A stretch of DNA of 64,000 nucleotides from Bradymonadia bacterium (GTDB lineage: Bacteria > Myxococcota_A > Bradymonadia > UBA7976 > UBA1532): NCBI GenBank assembly GCA_046290225.1, contig JBKAGE010000046.1, positions 28,505 through 92,504 of the forward strand. The letters are read 5' to 3'. Position numbers and translations under genes: made by a program. The notes under the pieces were generated by a model. That model saw nothing but the letters and a program-made list of their open reading frames with translations. It did no database searches and was not told where the DNA came from. Shown piece by piece: positions 62,594 through 64,000 of the stretch (position 1 is its first letter; each line of letters begins with the position of its first letter).

Positions 62594-62602
62594 GAGCCCT
62601 CC

Positions 62603-63571
62603 ATGTCAGAACTGCAAGGCGCCCACATCCTGATCACCGGCGGCGCCGGCTTCATCGGGGCCACCCTGGCCCACCGCCTGCTCGGCCACAACCGGGTGAC
62701 CCTCTTCGACAACCTGCGACGCAACGCCCTCGACCGGCAGTCGATCCTCGATCACCCGAACGTGGAGCTGATCGTCGGCGACGTGCGCGACAAGGCCGCC
62801 CTCAACGCGGCAGCGGCAGAAGCCGACATGGTGGTTCACATGGCGTCGATCGCCGGGGTGGACACGGTGATGCAGAACCCCGTGCTCACCATGGAGGTGT
62901 CGCTCAAGGGTACGATCAACGCCCTCGAAGCGGCCCACGCCTCAGGCCGCTGTAAGCGCTTTGTGGATTTCAGTACCAGCGAGGTCTTCGGTCAATACGC
63001 CTACAAGGTGACCGAGGGCGACGTCACCAGCCTCGGCGCCGTGGGCGAGGCCCGCTGGACCTACGCGGTGAGCAAGCTGGCCACGGAGCACCTGGCCCTG
63101 AGCTATCACCGCCAGCACGGCTTGCCAACGACAAGCATCCGGCCCTTCAACATCTACGGCCCACGGCAGGTGGGTGAAGGGGCGATCCACCACTTCGTGA
63201 CCCGCGCGATCAAGGGTGAGCCACTCTACATTCATGGTGAAGGCTCGCAGATCAGGGCCTGGTGCTACATCGACGACATCATCGATGGGGTGATGTCGGT
63301 GCTCACGAAGGATGCTGCGGTGGGCCACGCCTTCAACATCGGCAACCCCCGGAGCGCGCTGACGATTTATCACTTGGCTCAGCAAACGATTCAGCTGGCC
63401 CAGTCGAAGAGTGAGCTGATCTTCCAGGAGCGCAGCGGGCCCGACGTGGAGTTGAGGATTCCAGACATCGACAAGGCGCGCCGCCTGTTGGGGTTTGAGC
63501 CGAAGGTGAACCTGGAAGAGGGGCTGTTGCGGACGATTGAGTGGTATCGGGCGAAGATTGCTGCTGAGTGA
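62603..63571 (+). CDS. NAD-dependent epimerase/dehydratase (extended SDR)
   Basis: TGGAGFIG, FSTSEVFG, YAVSK, RPFNIYGPRQ, RAWCYIDD. Confidence 0.92.
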   Translation: MSELQGAHILITGGAGFIGATLAHRLLGHNRVTLFDNLRRNALDRQSILDHPNVELIVGDVRDKAALNAAAAEADMVVHMASIAGVDTVMQNPVLTMEVSLKGTINALEAAHASGRCKRFVDFSTSEVFGQYAYKVTEGDVTSLGAVGEARWTYAVSKLATEHLALSYHRQHGLPTTSIRPFNIYGPRQVGEGAIHHFVTRAIKGEPLYIHGEGSQIRAWCYIDDIIDGVMSVLTKDAAVGHAFNIGNPRSALTIYHLAQQTIQLAQSKSELIFQERSGPDVELRIPDIDKARRLLGFEPKVNLEEGLLRTIEWYRAKIAAE

Positions 63572-63608
63572 GGGGGCCTGGCCTCGCTCCGCGGGTAAGA
63601 GAGTTTTT

Positions 63609-63640
63609 CGGGCACGGGCACGGGCACGGGCACGGGCACG
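63609..63640. repeat. Hexamer microsatellite (CGGGCA)x5
   Basis: Read directly from the sequence. Confidence 0.9.
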
Positions 63641-63652
63641 AGTTTCACGGGT

Positions 63653-63851
63653 GTGGACAGTGCAGCCTGAAGCTGCATGTCTTGGAGCGAGTGGAGGGCG
63701 GCGTAGCCGGCCGGAGGGAGCGGAAAGACACCCGAAGGGCTGTCCACTGTTTGGCCTGACAGTGCAGCCTGAAGCTGCATGTCTTGGAGCGAGTGGAGGG
63801 CGGCGTAGCCGGCCGGAGGGAGCGGAAAGACACCCGGAGGGCTGTCCACTG
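63653..63851. repeat. Tandem pair of ~94-bp REP-like units (period 102 bp)
   Basis: 63656-63749 and 63758-63851 differ at one base. Copy 1 is bounded by inverted GTGGACAG/CTGTCCAC. Confidence 0.9.
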
Positions 63852-64000
63852 GTTAACCTGACCCGTGGCCCTGCTGAGGGGCACCTGTGCAGGTTGTTGA
63901 TGCGTATCCCCCCAGGCGTTGGACACATTTGGGGCCTGGAAAACCCCTGGGTGTCCCGGGTAATTTGAAGGCATGAGCAACACGAAACGAGCGAATGAAG

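Noticed and set aside
63653..63851. Possible CRISPR array
   Set aside because: Only two 94-bp units with an 8-bp gap, no unique spacers and no cas genes.

Overview
High-GC chromosomal window that is most likely from a Myxococcota/Bradymonadia-type deltaproteobacterium (inferred from gene content). The left ~25 kb is one almost entirely minus-strand block. It begins with a complete-looking Agl-Glt core trans-envelope machine (secreted protein, GltC/D/E-like TPR proteins, GltF-like peptide, TolQ/AglR-like channel, two ExbD/AglQS-like subunits, GltG-like TonB-type transducer). This runs straight into a polysaccharide export and synthesis module (secreted protein, OM beta-barrel, short Wza/OPX, epimerase, nucleotide-sugar dehydrogenase, Wzc, GT4, WD40 protein). 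The middle holds housekeeping genes (obgE, rpmA, rplU, mtnA, uvrD/pcrA, glmS, shortened glmU, glnE, ilvE), two Zn-ribbon/GYF-like/TM/TPR proteins and several apparent pseudo-enzymes (Fic, BY-kinase, RadC, receiver). The right end is ribF-aroE-pilBTCSR-pilin-epimerase. Non-coding highlights are a 680-bp element with 170-bp inverted arms that fills the whole rpmA-obgE spacer, and REP-like repeats near 9.3-9.6 kb and 63.6-63.85 kb. No rRNA, tRNA, CRISPR array, transposase or integrase was seen. All family calls come from motif recognition by eye, not database searches.
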